Numbered from the stretch's first letter, positions 1 to 10,491 are shown. The stretch: 64,000 bases of DNA from an uncultured Bacteroidota bacterium (GCA_942493315.1 OW818690.1:2759275-2823274); one strand, 5' to 3'. Numbers and translations: made by a program. Notes: a model not told the origin generated them from the sequence alone.

Positions 1-116
1 AATATTAATTAAATCTATAAATAGTGGTCTAAGGCTATCAAAATGGGTGAAATGATGAAATATTTGATTAAATGGCAAAATATGGGGTGAAATTCCCATT
101 CAATCTTTAATTTTCG

Positions 117-124
117 TATATTTG
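117..124 (+). promoter_or_regulatory. Bacteroidota-type -7 promoter box (TATATTTG) upstream of the LytTR gene
   Basis: Matches the TAnnTTTG consensus and is followed by CAAA, 23 nt before ATG 147. The same box-plus-CAAA pattern recurs before many genes in this window. Confidence 0.45.
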
Positions 125-146
125 CAAACTTAAAAATTGGAAAAGA

Positions 147-1013
147 ATGAGCAGCAAATTACCTGATTATTTGTTAAAAAAGAAAAATATATTTTTATTT
201 TTAGCTTTCGTTGCTCTTTTTTCTATTCTATTTATCAATATTTATAAACCTTTCAATTCAACTTCCTGGGCTAAAAATGGATCTAATAAAACGATCTATT
301 TTTTTGTATCCGGCTTGATTGTTCTATCCGGAATTGGGGTAATGCTTATCAGTCGTATCGTGATGTTGTTGTTAAAAAACAAAATAAAAATCACTATTTT
401 GGATTACTTTATCTGGATCATAATTGAAGTATTGATTATGTCCACCATTTATAGTATTGTAGCAATGCAGGTGGAAGAGAATTTGAAAGATTTTTTTGAC
501 ATTTTTCCCAATACCGTTTTATATATTTTTCTTACTCTATTCCTGCCCTACGTAGTATCCTGGCTATACTTTGCCTTGCAGGAAAAAAATTCTGCTATTG
601 CTAAATTGGTTGAAATGAACCGTTATATAGATGAAGAAAATTATGTTTCTTTAGGGAATGAAAAACAAAATTTAATCCATTTTCATGATGATAAAGGGAC
701 ATTAAGATTATCAATCAAATTCAGTAAACTTTATTATATTGAAGCTGCAGATAACTATGTTAATATTTATTATGAAAATAAAGGGAAAATCAGTCGTTTT
801 CTCTTACGTAAAAGCTTAAAAAGTATTGAAGATACCTATAAAGAGTATCCATTAATCCGATGCCATCGTTCTTATATCATCAATGTTGATAAAGTAAAAG
901 TTTTGAAAAAAGAGAAAGATGGAACCTACATTGATTTTGATTATGGGGAGATCAATGTGATCCCCGTTTCCAAAACGTATTCACAAAATATTATTGACAT
1001 TTTTTACAAGTAA
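147..1013 (+). CDS. Membrane-anchored LytTR DNA-binding domain protein
   Basis: Hydrophobic N-terminal half with about 4 TM segments. C-terminal LytTR signature (YYIEAADNYVNIYYENKG...IRCHRSYIINVDKV). Confidence 0.8.
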   Translation: MSSKLPDYLLKKKNIFLFLAFVALFSILFINIYKPFNSTSWAKNGSNKTIYFFVSGLIVLSGIGVMLISRIVMLLLKNKIKITILDYFIWIIIEVLIMSTIYSIVAMQVEENLKDFFDIFPNTVLYIFLTLFLPYVVSWLYFALQEKNSAIAKLVEMNRYIDEENYVSLGNEKQNLIHFHDDKGTLRLSIKFSKLYYIEAADNYVNIYYENKGKISRFLLRKSLKSIEDTYKEYPLIRCHRSYIINVDKVKVLKKEKDGTYIDFDYGEINVIPVSKTYSQNIIDIFYK

Positions 1014-1014
1014 T

Positions 1015-1497
1015 ATGTTTACAATTAGATTAGCAGAACCCAAAGATGTGAAAACTATATTGCACCTGATTAAAGGGATTGCAGAATATGAAAAATTATT
1101 GGATCAGGTTGAAGCCACAGAAGAGATTTTGTATGATTCTCTTTTTATAAAAAAGGGAGCAGAGGTTCTTTTAGGAGAATTAAACAATGAACCGATTGGA
1201 TTTGCTTTATTTTTCCATAATTTTTCCACATTTACCGGAAAAAGAGGCCTCTATTTAGAAGACATTTTTGTTCTTCCTGAACATCGAAACAACGGTTATG
1301 GTAAACTTTTCTTCAGTGAAATGGCCAAAATTGCTAAAGAAAGAGATTGTGGCAGAATGGAATGGATCTGTTTAGATTGGAACGAACCTTCTATTCAATT
1401 TTATAAAAACAGAATCGGTGCTATCGCTTTAGATGAGTGGACCGTTTACAGAATTCAAACTCATCAGTTTGATGATGTTATCAAAATGGGAAATTAA
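1015..1497 (+). CDS. GNAT family N-acetyltransferase (diamine/spermidine acetyltransferase-like)
   Basis: GNAT acetyl-CoA motif region (LEDIFVLPEHRNNGYGKLFF). I prefer ATG 1015 over the TTG at 994 used by the ORF track, because 1015 sits 1 nt after the upstream stop. Confidence 0.75.
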   Translation: MFTIRLAEPKDVKTILHLIKGIAEYEKLLDQVEATEEILYDSLFIKKGAEVLLGELNNEPIGFALFFHNFSTFTGKRGLYLEDIFVLPEHRNNGYGKLFFSEMAKIAKERDCGRMEWICLDWNEPSIQFYKNRIGAIALDEWTVYRIQTHQFDDVIKMGN

Positions 1498-1517
1498 AAA
1501 ACAAAAAAATAATATAC

Positions 1518-2165
1518 ATGAAAAAACAGATCATAACAGCAGAAGAAGCTGCTTCAAAAATTAAAGACGGTATGGTTTTGATGATTGGGGGTTTTATGGC
1601 AGCAGGAACTCCGAAAAAAATCATAGATGCATTAGTTAAAAGCCCTGTAAAAGATTTGATCGTTGTTTGCAACGATACCGCATTTCCCGATAAAGGGATT
1701 GGCAAACTTATTGCTGCTAAAAAAGTAAAAAAAGTGATTGCTTCACATATTGGAACCAATCCTCTGACCATCGAACAGTTTAATAATAAAGAGATTGAAG
1801 TGGATTTTGTTCCACAAGGAACTTTAGCTGAACAAGTAAGATGTGGTGGATCCGGATTAGGTGGTATTCTTACTCCTACCGGTATCGGCACAGTGGTTGC
1901 AGAAGGAAAACAGATCATTGAAATGGATGGCAAACAATATCTAATTGAAAAAGCTATTAGAGGTGATGTTGCTCTTATTGGTGCCAATGTAGCTGATCAT
2001 TCCGGTAATTTGGTTTATAAAGGAACCACTCAAAATTTTAATCCTCTAATGGCTATGGCTTGTGATTTAGTGATAGCAGAAGCTGAAGAGATCGTTGAAA
2101 CCGGCCAAATTCCAATGGAAAATATCCATACCCCTAATATTTTTGTAGATTTTTTAGTTCAATAA
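1518..2165 (+). CDS. 3-oxoacid / acetoacetate CoA-transferase subunit A
   Basis: N-terminus typical of AtoD/ScoA (ITAEEAASKIKDGMVLMIGGF...). Length 215 aa. Sits directly upstream of kal and kce. Confidence 0.8.
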   Translation: MKKQIITAEEAASKIKDGMVLMIGGFMAAGTPKKIIDALVKSPVKDLIVVCNDTAFPDKGIGKLIAAKKVKKVIASHIGTNPLTIEQFNNKEIEVDFVPQGTLAEQVRCGGSGLGGILTPTGIGTVVAEGKQIIEMDGKQYLIEKAIRGDVALIGANVADHSGNLVYKGTTQNFNPLMAMACDLVIAEAEEIVETGQIPMENIHTPNIFVDFLVQ

Positions 2166-2182
2166 TTTAAAAACAAAATAAT

Positions 2183-2572
2183 ATGATTAAATCAACAATA
2201 AGATTGAGAATGAGTTCACATGATGCCCATTATGGTGGTAATTTAGTGGACGGAGCACGTATGCTTCAACTTTTTGGAGACGTAGCAACTGAACTTCTCA
2301 TTATTCACGATGGTGATGAAGGTTTATTTGCAGCTTATGATAAAATTGAATTCTTAGCTCCTGTATTTGCCGGAGATTATATTGAAGCAACAGGAGAGAT
2401 TGTTTCTGTTGGAAATAGTTCCAGAAAAATGATTTTTGAAGCCAAAAAAGTGATTAAACCAAGACCGGATATTTCTGAATCTGCTGCAGACTTTTTAACA
2501 GAGCCTATTGTAGTTTGCAGAGCCAGTGGAACTTGTGTAGTTCCCAAAAAATGCCAAAGAATTGAACATTAA
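2183..2572 (+). CDS. kal: 3-aminobutyryl-CoA ammonia-lyase (hotdog fold)
   Basis: 129 aa with [27 protein letters not shown], typical of Kal in the lysine fermentation pathway. Adjacent to kce. Confidence 0.7.
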   Translation: MIKSTIRLRMSSHDAHYGGNLVDGARMLQLFGDVATELLIIHDGDEGLFAAYDKIEFLAPVFAGDYIEATGEIVSVGNSSRKMIFEAKKVIKPRPDISESAADFLTEPIVVCRASGTCVVPKKCQRIEH

Positions 2573-2591
2573 TATTGTAAACAAAAATAGT

Positions 2592-3416
2592 ATGAATAAA
2601 ATGATTATTACTGCAGCCATTTGTGGCGCTGAGGTTCTTAAAGAACATAATCCTGCCGTTCCTTATACTATCGAAGAATTGGTTAGAGAAGCTAAATCTG
2701 CTTATGATGCAGGCGCTTCCATTATTCACCTTCATGTTCGTTGGGATGATGGAACTCCAACTCAAGATAAAAACCGTTTCAAAGAAGCTATGGAGGCTAT
2801 CAAAAAAGTGATTCCTGATGTGATTATTCAACCTTCTACCGGTGGCGCTGTTGGAATGACCGATGATGAAAGACTACAACCTACCGAATTAATTCCTGAA
2901 ATGGCTACTTTAGATTGTGGTACCCTTAATTTCGGAGGGGATGATATTTTTATGAATACGGAAACTACCATCAAATATTTTGGAAAAAGAATGATCGAAT
3001 TGGGTATTAAACCTGAATTGGAATGTTTTGACAAAAGTATGATTGAGATGGCTCTTCGCTTACATAAAAAAGGATTTATCAATAAACCAATGCACTTTGA
3101 TTTTGTAATGGGTGTAAATGGTGGAATTGGTGGCGATTTGAGAGATTTCGTTTTCATGAGAGGTAGTATCCCTGAAGATGCAACTTATACTATTGCAGGT
3201 ATTGGTCGTTTTGAATTTCCTCTTGCTGTAGCTGCCATTGTTGATGGTGGACATGTTCGCGTTGGTTTTGAAGATAATGTATTCCTTTCTAAAGGGGTGC
3301 TCGCCAAATCAAATGGAGAGTTAGTAGCTAAAGTGGTTCGTATGGCTAAAGAATTAGGAAGAGAGATTGCCACTCCGGCTGAAGCACGTGAAATATTAGG
3401 ATTAAAACCTTTATAA
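2592..3416 (+). CDS. kce: 3-keto-5-aminohexanoate cleavage enzyme (BKACE/DUF849 family)
   Basis: MIITAAICGAEV...IIHLHVR...QPSTGG motifs of Kce. ATG 2592 is preferred to the TTG at 2562, which overlaps the kal stop. Confidence 0.8.
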   Translation: MNKMIITAAICGAEVLKEHNPAVPYTIEELVREAKSAYDAGASIIHLHVRWDDGTPTQDKNRFKEAMEAIKKVIPDVIIQPSTGGAVGMTDDERLQPTELIPEMATLDCGTLNFGGDDIFMNTETTIKYFGKRMIELGIKPELECFDKSMIEMALRLHKKGFINKPMHFDFVMGVNGGIGGDLRDFVFMRGSIPEDATYTIAGIGRFEFPLAVAAIVDGGHVRVGFEDNVFLSKGVLAKSNGELVAKVVRMAKELGREIATPAEAREILGLKPL

Positions 3417-3431
3417 TTTTAATTCAAGTTC

Positions 3432-3467
3432 AAAAAAAAAGAGGTCAAATTGACCTCTTTTTTTTTA
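3432..3467. terminator. Bidirectional rho-independent terminator
   Basis: Perfect hairpin GAGGTCA-AAT-TGACCTC (3441-3457) flanked by an A-run on the 5' side and a T-run on the 3' side. It lies between convergent genes. Confidence 0.8.
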
Positions 3468-4739
3468 TTTTCCTCCACTTAAAAGTTTCAATGCTATTTC
3501 TTTAAATGCCGGATCCATTTCCGCAGATCTGCCTGCACCACTGTAAGATTGGAATAAGTATTTTATAACATCCTCATTAGCAGGATTGATAACGTAAGCT
3601 TTTTTGAACCAAATAATAGCTTCGTCATAATATTGGCTTTTCAACACATTATTAGCTTCACTTTGTTTTCTTTTTTCTGCACCTGTCAATGTAGTTGAAC
3701 TCGCAATAGCTGCATTTTGATTAATGATTGCACTTATTTTAACTAAATTTAAAAATCCTTTATATTTGATCATATCAAAATCCATAGGATATTTTTCCAA
3801 ATATAAATCTAATATTTTTTCTGTCTCCAGTTCGATAAATTGATTAAATAATGTACCAATAACTTCAGTATAAAAATTTTTATTTATAGAATCTATACCA
3901 ATTTCATTAATCATTTCGATAGATCTGGATTTAAGAGAATCAACCATTGACATCATATCATAATAGGTTAACTCAAGTAAATAATAGTTTTTCTTATAAG
4001 AGATACTGTCTGTTTTTGAAGCAATCATTCTTGTTTTTTTAATCACTTTTCCACACTCTAAAGTATCTTTATTTTGGTAGAAAAAGTTATATGCAGTATA
4101 ATAAATGGCCGGAAAATCCTTATTTTTGGACATTGCTTTTTTTAAATTCACTTGAATATTTTCTTTATCATTTAAAGCTAAATATATACGGGTTAAGTCA
4201 AAATAAACTTCAAACATATTGTCTTCAAAAAGTTTTTCATCTTTCTCTTCTCCTTTTAAAACAATACCGTAGGTTTTTTGTGCAATGAGGATATATTCAA
4301 TCGCTTTTTTATAGTTAGTATCAAGAATTGCTTGTTTTCCCATAGCATGAATAAATTCACCACAGATTTTTTGTCCAGCTTTAGGTCCATATAACCCTGA
4401 TTTAACATTTTCTTCAATTTGGTTATCTAATTCAATCGCTTTTCTAAATGCTTCATACGCAACCACAATATACTCAGGATTAGCAATTATGTAATTTGTA
4501 TCCATTTCAGCTCTTTTCATTTCAGTTAGAGCATAGAAAAAATAGGTATTCCCTTTCATCAACCATACTTGGGCATTGGCTTCATTACCGGGCATACATT
4601 TTTTATCCATCATTTTCATTGCTTTCCCATAAGCTTTTTGATTGACTACAGTGTAGTAAATATCATTCAAACAATCTTGAGAAAAGAGTGTTCCACTCAA
4701 AATAATTGTAAATACAATTAAACTTAAGAATTTTTTCAT
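3465..4739 (-). CDS. Secreted TPR-like repeat protein, function unknown
   Basis: N-terminal signal peptide (MKKFLSLIVFTIILSGTLFSQ). Helical-repeat composition. Same strand as and downstream of gyrA. Confidence 0.55.
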   Translation of the reverse strand: MKKFLSLIVFTIILSGTLFSQDCLNDIYYTVVNQKAYGKAMKMMDKKCMPGNEANAQVWLMKGNTYFFYALTEMKRAEMDTNYIIANPEYIVVAYEAFRKAIELDNQIEENVKSGLYGPKAGQKICGEFIHAMGKQAILDTNYKKAIEYILIAQKTYGIVLKGEEKDEKLFEDNMFEVYFDLTRIYLALNDKENIQVNLKKAMSKNKDFPAIYYTAYNFFYQNKDTLECGKVIKKTRMIASKTDSISYKKNYYLLELTYYDMMSMVDSLKSRSIEMINEIGIDSINKNFYTEVIGTLFNQFIELETEKILDLYLEKYPMDFDMIKYKGFLNLVKISAIINQNAAIASSTTLTGAEKRKQSEANNVLKSQYYDEAIIWFKKAYVINPANEDVIKYLFQSYSGAGRSAEMDPAFKEIALKLLSGGK

Positions 4740-4766
4740 ATTTTTTTATTGATTAATTAATTATTG

Positions 4767-5945
4767 TTACTTTTTTAGCGTTTCTATTTTTTTTGAAATT
4801 TCATCAAATTTTGGTGATTGTAATCTTCCATATATGGACATCAAAGTATTTAAAACGTTTAAATCATTGGGAGTTGTTTCTACAACTTTTTCAAAATATA
4901 CACGAGCTTCATTCAAATAATAGTCGTATTCTACTTTCATTTTAGCACTATTTGTCTTATCTCCAATCACTTCTAACTCATTGTATTGTTTAAATTTATC
5001 ACTGGATATGTAATAATTACATACACCCAGATTGAACAGAATATTATAATTATTGGGATTCAAAGAGTTTGCAGTTTTTAATAATTCATTAGCCCTCACA
5101 TAATTACCATCTTTAATAAAACAATTAGATGCATTAAATAGGTGATCAGCGTTTTTATAAATGGAAGCTGGTAAATTATTCAATAAATTTCTGGCAGTTA
5201 CAGTATCCTGAATTTGAAAATAATAATCCACTTCAGAAATATTGATAGAAGGATCTTTGGGAAAAATTACTTTTGCTTTATTGATAGTTGATAAAACAAG
5301 ATCAAATTTTGATTCATTTTTATACTGTTCAATAAGTCTCACGTATACATTAATATTCTGAGAACTATCTAATATAGCTTTTTCATAATAGATTTTTGCA
5401 TTTGGATTTTGATCCATTTCTAAAGCATAACCATAATAGTAGTATAATTCGCCATTTAATTTGTAGGAAGGAGTTCCCATTTCATAACACTCAGTAGCTT
5501 TCTGGAATATTGAAATAGCTTGTTTATAATCATTTGAGATCAAAACATCTACACCATAAACAAAAAGCAGTACATAAAGGGAAGGAAGTGCCTGAGCAGG
5601 TGATAGCATGCTGTAACCTTCCACATTTTTATCGAGTTCTAATGCTTTTTTAAAAGCATCGAATGCTTGCACAGGAGCATCAGGATACTTAATAAGATAT
5701 GTATTATCGGTTCTTTTTAGTTCATATTCCTGATTTGCCAGGTACATATAGATATTCCCTTTATACAAAAAAGTGTTGGCTTTAGTCGCCAATTTAGGAT
5801 CCGCCACACATTCATCGATCAACTGTTTGGCTTCAACATAATCTTGATTAGAGTAGGCATTATAAGCTTTATTTAAAGAGGGTTTTTGCGCCCAAATTAA
5901 ACAGGAACTAACCAATAATAAAAGGAATAAAATATTCTTTTTCAT
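4767..5945 (-). CDS. Secreted tetratricopeptide repeat protein
   Basis: Signal peptide followed by repeated TPR-like AxxxY/F..A....P patterns. Confidence 0.6.
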   Translation of the reverse strand: MKKNILFLLLLVSSCLIWAQKPSLNKAYNAYSNQDYVEAKQLIDECVADPKLATKANTFLYKGNIYMYLANQEYELKRTDNTYLIKYPDAPVQAFDAFKKALELDKNVEGYSMLSPAQALPSLYVLLFVYGVDVLISNDYKQAISIFQKATECYEMGTPSYKLNGELYYYYGYALEMDQNPNAKIYYEKAILDSSQNINVYVRLIEQYKNESKFDLVLSTINKAKVIFPKDPSINISEVDYYFQIQDTVTARNLLNNLPASIYKNADHLFNASNCFIKDGNYVRANELLKTANSLNPNNYNILFNLGVCNYYISSDKFKQYNELEVIGDKTNSAKMKVEYDYYLNEARVYFEKVVETTPNDLNVLNTLMSIYGRLQSPKFDEISKKIETLKK

Positions 5946-5950
5946 GTATA

Positions 5951-8485
5951 TTAATTTTCATTTGAAGTATTCGTTTCGTTATCATTAACGATATTTTCTT
6001 CAGAATATTCTACATTTTCAACATCAATATCATCGATTTCATCTTCATCTCTTGGAACTTGTGTAACTGCAGCGATAATATCATCATTTTTAAGGTTAAT
6101 TAATCTAACCCCCTGAGTAGCACGACCCATCACTCTTAATTGATCTACATGTAAACGGATAGCGATTCCGGAACGGTTGATAATCATTAAATCATCAGCA
6201 TCAGTTACATTTTTAACAGAGATCAAACCACCTGTTTTTTCAGTAATACTGATCGTCTTAACCCCTTTTCCACCACGGTTGGTAGCTCTGTAATCTTCTA
6301 ATGGTGAGCGTTTACCATAACCATTTTCAGAAACAACCAAAATATCGTACTCTGGACTATCCACACAAATCATACCCACTACATAGTCTTGATCATGAGC
6401 TAATGTAACCCCTTTCACTCCTGATGCATTTCTACCCATTGGTCTAACTGTTTTTTCATTAAATCTGACTGCTTTTCCTGAATTCAGTGCCATCATGATT
6501 TCACTTTCACCATTGGTCAACTTAGCTTCTAATAAATGGTCATCTTCTCTGATTGTGATCGCAATAATACCGTTTTGACGTGGACGGGAATACGCTTCCA
6601 ATGAAGTTTTTTTAATAATCCCTTTTTCAGAACATAAGATGATATAATTATTGTTGATATAATCAGGATCTGATAGATTATTTACATTGATAACCGATTT
6701 AATTTTATCAGAAGGTTCAATATTGATCAAATTTTGGATAGCTCTACCTTTTGATAATTTATTACCTTCCGGAACTTCGTAAACTCTTAACCAGAAACAT
6801 TTTCCCTTTTCAGTAAAGAATAACAAGAAGTTATGATTGGTAGCAATATATAAATGTTCAATAAAATCTTCATCTCTTGAGTTACTCCCTTTTGAGCCTT
6901 TTCCGCCCCTATTTTGAACTTTATATTCTGTTAAAGATGTTCTTTTGATATAGCCCAAATGTGAAATAGTGATCACAACTTCCGTATCGGCAATGGTATC
7001 TTCTATTCTAAAGTCAGAAGCTGCAAATTCAATTTTGGAACGTCTTTCGTCACCATATTTTTGTTTTACTTCCATGACTTCATCTTTAAGAATCTGCATT
7101 CTTAAACCTTCATCAGATAAAATTTGTTGTAAGTATGTGATTTTCTTTAAAAGTTCATCGTATTCTGCTTGTAGTCTCTCTTTTTCAAGTCCAACCAACT
7201 GACGAAGTCTCATTTCAACGATAGCAGCAGCTTGTTTTTCAGAGAATTGCCATTTTACAATCAGGGTTTCTACTGCTTCAGCAACTGTTTTAGAGGATCT
7301 GATAACAGCAATTATTTCATCGATAATATCAAGAGCTTTGAGCAAACCTTCCAAAATGTGAGCTCTTTCCAATGCTTTATTCAAATCATATTCAGATCTT
7401 CTAACCACCACCTGATGGCGATGTTTCACAAATTCGACAATAATATCTCTTAAGTTTAAAGACATTGGACGTCCGTTAACCAAAGCCACATTATTAACAC
7501 TGTAAGAAGATTGGAGAGAAGTATATTGGTACAATTTGTTCAAAACCACATTAGCAACGGCATCTCTTTTCAGTTCGTAGATAATTTTTGTACCGGTTTT
7601 TTCGCTGGATAGGTTTTCAATATTAGAGATTCCATCAATTTTATCCTCACGAATCAATTCCACAGTTCTGCGAATCATTTCAGAAGGGTTAACCATGTAA
7701 GGAAGGGAATTCACAACAATGGTTGATCTGTTACCATCCTCTTCAATATTCACTTCACCACGCATCACAATACGACCTCTACCGGTTTCAAATGCTTCGC
7801 GCACCCCTTCATATCCATAAATTGAACAACCTGTTGGAAAATCGGGAGCTTTGATAAACTCCATTAGTTCAGCGACAGTAATATCTTTATTATCAATATA
7901 GGCAATAAGACCATCACAAACTTCAGAAAGGTTATGAGGGGGCATATTAGTAGCCATACCAACAGCGATACCGGAAGAACCATTAATCAAAAGATTAGGG
8001 ATTTTAGCAGGTAAAACGTTAGGTTCTTGTAAGGAATCATCAAAGTTATTTTCGAAATCCACTGTATTTTTTTCGATATCCTCCAACATCTCCTCTGCTA
8101 TTCTCATCATACGGGCTTCTGTATAACGCATCGCCGCAGGACTATCGCCGTCGGGAGAGCCAAAGTTACCTTGTCCATCAACAAATGGGTAACGCAATGA
8201 CCAGTTTTGGGCCATTCTCACCATAGCATCATAAACAGCAGTATCTCCGTGTGGGTGGTATTTACCTAAAACATCTCCAACAATTCTGGCTGATTTTTTA
8301 TAAGGTTTTCCGGAAACAATCCCCATATCCCACATGGCATATAATATTCTCCTATGTACCGGTTTAAATCCATCACGCACATCAGGTAAAGCTCTTGAGA
8401 CAATTACAGACATGGAATAGTCAATGTAAGCCGATTTCATTTGGTTTTCGATATTTACCTGTACAATTTTTTCTCCTTCAAACAT
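5951..8485 (-). CDS. gyrA: DNA gyrase subunit A
   Basis: Canonical GyrA N-terminus ([39 protein letters not shown] active-site Tyr region). C-terminal beta-pinwheel repeats and an acidic tail. Confidence 0.97.
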   Translation of the reverse strand: MFEGEKIVQVNIENQMKSAYIDYSMSVIVSRALPDVRDGFKPVHRRILYAMWDMGIVSGKPYKKSARIVGDVLGKYHPHGDTAVYDAMVRMAQNWSLRYPFVDGQGNFGSPDGDSPAAMRYTEARMMRIAEEMLEDIEKNTVDFENNFDDSLQEPNVLPAKIPNLLINGSSGIAVGMATNMPPHNLSEVCDGLIAYIDNKDITVAELMEFIKAPDFPTGCSIYGYEGVREAFETGRGRIVMRGEVNIEEDGNRSTIVVNSLPYMVNPSEMIRRTVELIREDKIDGISNIENLSSEKTGTKIIYELKRDAVANVVLNKLYQYTSLQSSYSVNNVALVNGRPMSLNLRDIIVEFVKHRHQVVVRRSEYDLNKALERAHILEGLLKALDIIDEIIAVIRSSKTVAEAVETLIVKWQFSEKQAAAIVEMRLRQLVGLEKERLQAEYDELLKKITYLQQILSDEGLRMQILKDEVMEVKQKYGDERRSKIEFAASDFRIEDTIADTEVVITISHLGYIKRTSLTEYKVQNRGGKGSKGSNSRDEDFIEHLYIATNHNFLLFFTEKGKCFWLRVYEVPEGNKLSKGRAIQNLINIEPSDKIKSVINVNNLSDPDYINNNYIILCSEKGIIKKTSLEAYSRPRQNGIIAITIREDDHLLEAKLTNGESEIMMALNSGKAVRFNEKTVRPMGRNASGVKGVTLAHDQDYVVGMICVDSPEYDILVVSENGYGKRSPLEDYRATNRGGKGVKTISITEKTGGLISVKNVTDADDLMIINRSGIAIRLHVDQLRVMGRATQGVRLINLKNDDIIAAVTQVPRDEDEIDDIDVENVEYSEENIVNDNETNTSNEN

Positions 8486-8601
8486 TTTTTTCGAAAAGTT
8501 TAGTTAAATTAAAGTTATGATTTTCAAATGGTTATATTATTTTTAAATAATTTACAAATATACAAAATTTTTCCAAACGAAAAGCTTAAAATCTATTAAA
8601 T

Positions 8602-8702
8602 AATTAGCAAATGTGATAATTAGCAAATGTGATAATTTGCTAATTTGCTAATTTACTAATTTGCTAATTTGCTAATTTGCTAATTCACTAATTTGCTAAT
8701 TC
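8602..8702. repeat. Octamer tandem array (TGCTAATT x ~9) preceded by 2 copies of a 16-mer containing its reverse complement
   Basis: Read directly. AATTAGCAAATGTGAT occurs twice, followed by TGCTAATT units. Lies 117-217 nt upstream of the gyrA start on the minus strand. Confidence 0.9.
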
Positions 8703-8711
8703 AAAATGATC

Positions 8712-9086
8712 TTATTTTGAAGCGATCGTTTCGATTTCAACTAAAACGCCCAATGGAAGTTCTCTAACTGCAAAAGCGGCTCTTGCAGGTGGATTTTCAG
8801 CATAATATTTGCCATAAACTTCGTTCATTGCTTTAAAATTAGCCATATCACTCAATAAACAAGTAGATTTAACAACATCCTGATAGGTATAACCTGCTTC
8901 ATGAAGGATGGCACCAATATTTTTCATCACTTGTTCGGTTTGAGCTTCGATCCCTTCAGGAACGGTAGTTGTTTCAGGGTTGATTGGAATTTGTCCGGAG
9001 ATAAATAACATTCCGTTCACTTCAATTGCTTGACTATAAGGGCCAATCGCTTTAGGGGCATTGTCAGTTTTAATAATTTTTTTCAT
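8712..9086 (-). CDS. ridA: RidA/YjgF family reactive-intermediate deaminase
   Basis: 124 aa with PKAIGPYSQA...PARAAFAVRELPLGVLVEIE, typical of the RidA family. Confidence 0.9.
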   Translation of the reverse strand: MKKIIKTDNAPKAIGPYSQAIEVNGMLFISGQIPINPETTTVPEGIEAQTEQVMKNIGAILHEAGYTYQDVVKSTCLLSDMANFKAMNEVYGKYYAENPPARAAFAVRELPLGVLVEIETIASK

Positions 9087-9174
9087 ATTATTTTTTATTT
9101 AGATTGAGTTCAAAAAAGTTTGCAAAATTATCAAAAAAAAGTGTGATTTTGATTATTTTTTTAATTTTTTATTT

Positions 9175-9354
9175 GGGCATTCCGGCACCATCCGACACAC
9201 GAGCATACCCTGGTGCCGTCGGGCTTGTTCCGGGGTCCGCTTCGCTCCCGTACTTCGCTGCACTTCACTTAGGATCATTAGTTTCATCTCGCTAACTCAT
9301 CACGGCGTTCGTTCCAGCTCGTACCACCTCCGGTGCCCTCCACATCCCTAATGC
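9175..9354 (+). repeat. GC-rich structured element, copy D (most divergent)
   Basis: Starts GGGCATTCC and ends CCCTAATGC like the other copies. Internal stem CGGCACCA...TGGTGCCG. GC-rich in an AT-rich context. Track ORF 9104-9295 lies inside it and is judged spurious. Confidence 0.75.
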
Positions 9355-9410
9355 AATGAAAATCTGCCCCAAATTTATCCGCTGGGGGGTAATATTTCAT
9401 ATTCTAATAT

Positions 9411-9504
9411 ATGCAGGGTACGGTATAAATGTAAAAATAACATTTTTTATAACATCCATTCATTCAATTATTTACACAATTTTTCACCCTGCTTTTATAA
9501 GAAT
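9411..9504 (+). repeat. AT-rich hairpin module, copy M5
   Basis: ATTCTAATATATGCAGGGT ... ACCCTGCTTTTATAAGAAT terminal inverted repeat enclosing an AT-rich loop of about 56 nt. Lies 3' of GC-rich copy D, as in copies A/M3 and C/M7. Confidence 0.7.
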
Positions 9505-9516
9505 ATAATAGCACAA

Positions 9517-9562
9517 TCGAGCATTCGAGCATTCCGAGCATTCGAGCAACCGAGCATTCGAA
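9517..9562. repeat. Short tandem repeat (GAGCATTC-type units)
   Basis: cgagcattcgagcattccgagcattcgagcaaccgagcattcg, read directly. Confidence 0.8.
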
Positions 9563-9641
9563 TTTTTGGCACGATATTTGCATTAATCTAAAATAACTCA
9601 AATTCTACTCAATCAAACTAAATTTTTCAAGCACTTTTTTG

Positions 9642-9649
9642 TACTTTTG
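9642..9649 (+). promoter_or_regulatory. -7 promoter box TACTTTTG upstream of the rhomboid operon
   Basis: TAnnTTTG followed by CAAA, 24 nt before ATG 9673. Confidence 0.45.
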
Positions 9650-9672
9650 CAAACTAAATATTACAACCATTT

Positions 9673-10491
9673 ATGAATGAAAGAATTGAACTCGGTCGAT
9701 ACAATATACTCCCTCCGGTAGTTAAAAATCTATTGATCATTAACGGATTATTTTATGTTGCTAAATTAGTTCTAAATTCACGAAATATTGATATCGATCT
9801 CGATCAATTATTTGGATTACACTATGTTCAGGCAACAGATTTTAAAATTTGGCAGGTAGTCACTTACATGTTTATGCACGGTGATTTCTGGCATCTCTTT
9901 TTCAATATGTTTGCCCTCTGGATGTTTGGATCTTCTATTGAAAATATCTGGGGAAGCAAAAAATTTCTGATCTATTACTTGATAACTGGAATTGGGGCTG
10001 CCTTAATTCATTATATTGTGATTTACTTTCAAATAAATCATGACATGTTGCTTTTTAATCAGTTTTTAGATGTACCGACTGAAGAAAATTTGAAAAATCT
10101 TTTTAGCTCTGTTAAATCTATAGAAGCTAGAAGAGAACTTCAACAGTATCTTATTAATAACGGTTCTTTAAATCCTTCATTAACCCAAATCAGTATGGAT
10201 ATTGTTAATGTAAAGGATCAATTTCTGAACGCTTTTAACATCATTGGAGCATCAGGATCTGTTTTCGGTATCCTTTTAGCTTTCGGGATGCTTTTTCCAA
10301 ATGCTTTGTTATACGTTTATTTCTTATTTCCAATCAAAGCTAAATGGTTTGTTTTAATATACGGAGCGTTAGAATTAATATATGGAGTTACCGGAACCAA
10401 TGATAATATTGCGCATTTTGCCCATTTAGGTGGTATGCTTTTTGGGATCATTTTAATTTTATTCTGGAAAAAGAAAAAAACATTCTATTAA
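9673..10491 (+). CDS. Rhomboid family intramembrane serine protease
   Basis: GASGSVFG catalytic Ser motif, HFAHLGG catalytic His motif, multiple TM segments. Confidence 0.9.
   Translation: MNERIELGRYNILPPVVKNLLIINGLFYVAKLVLNSRNIDIDLDQLFGLHYVQATDFKIWQVVTYMFMHGDFWHLFFNMFALWMFGSSIENIWGSKKFLIYYLITGIGAALIHYIVIYFQINHDMLLFNQFLDVPTEENLKNLFSSVKSIEARRELQQYLINNGSLNPSLTQISMDIVNVKDQFLNAFNIIGASGSVFGILLAFGMLFPNALLYVYFLFPIKAKWFVLIYGALELIYGVTGTNDNIAHFAHLGGMLFGIILILFWKKKKTFY

Noticed and set aside
40-110. GGTGAAATTCCC string reminiscent of a cobalamin riboswitch core near the window start
   Set aside because: Only this short match is present. There is no CCCGC...CTGT, GCCACTG or B12-box element around it, and the downstream gene is a LytTR regulator.
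1481-1987. Antisense or overlapping ORFs inside well-supported genes (for example 1481-1987, 2505-2831, 2828-3157, 6969-7202, 14044-14409, 15196-15501, 21060-21359, 31348-31779, 58298-58594, 59755-60120, 60703-60924)
   Set aside because: They lie opposite or overlapping CDSs with strong family signatures, have low-complexity composition, and match no motif I recognise.
9104-9295. Track ORFs lying on GC-rich or tandem repeats (9104-9295, 47576-47767, 54115-54357, 54306-54527, 54564-54824, 57756-57938)
   Set aside because: Each coincides with a copy of the GC-rich element or with tandem repeats. They are not conserved as protein between copies (the frames differ). They lack promoter boxes and have Pro/Arg/Gly/Ser-rich repeat-translation composition.
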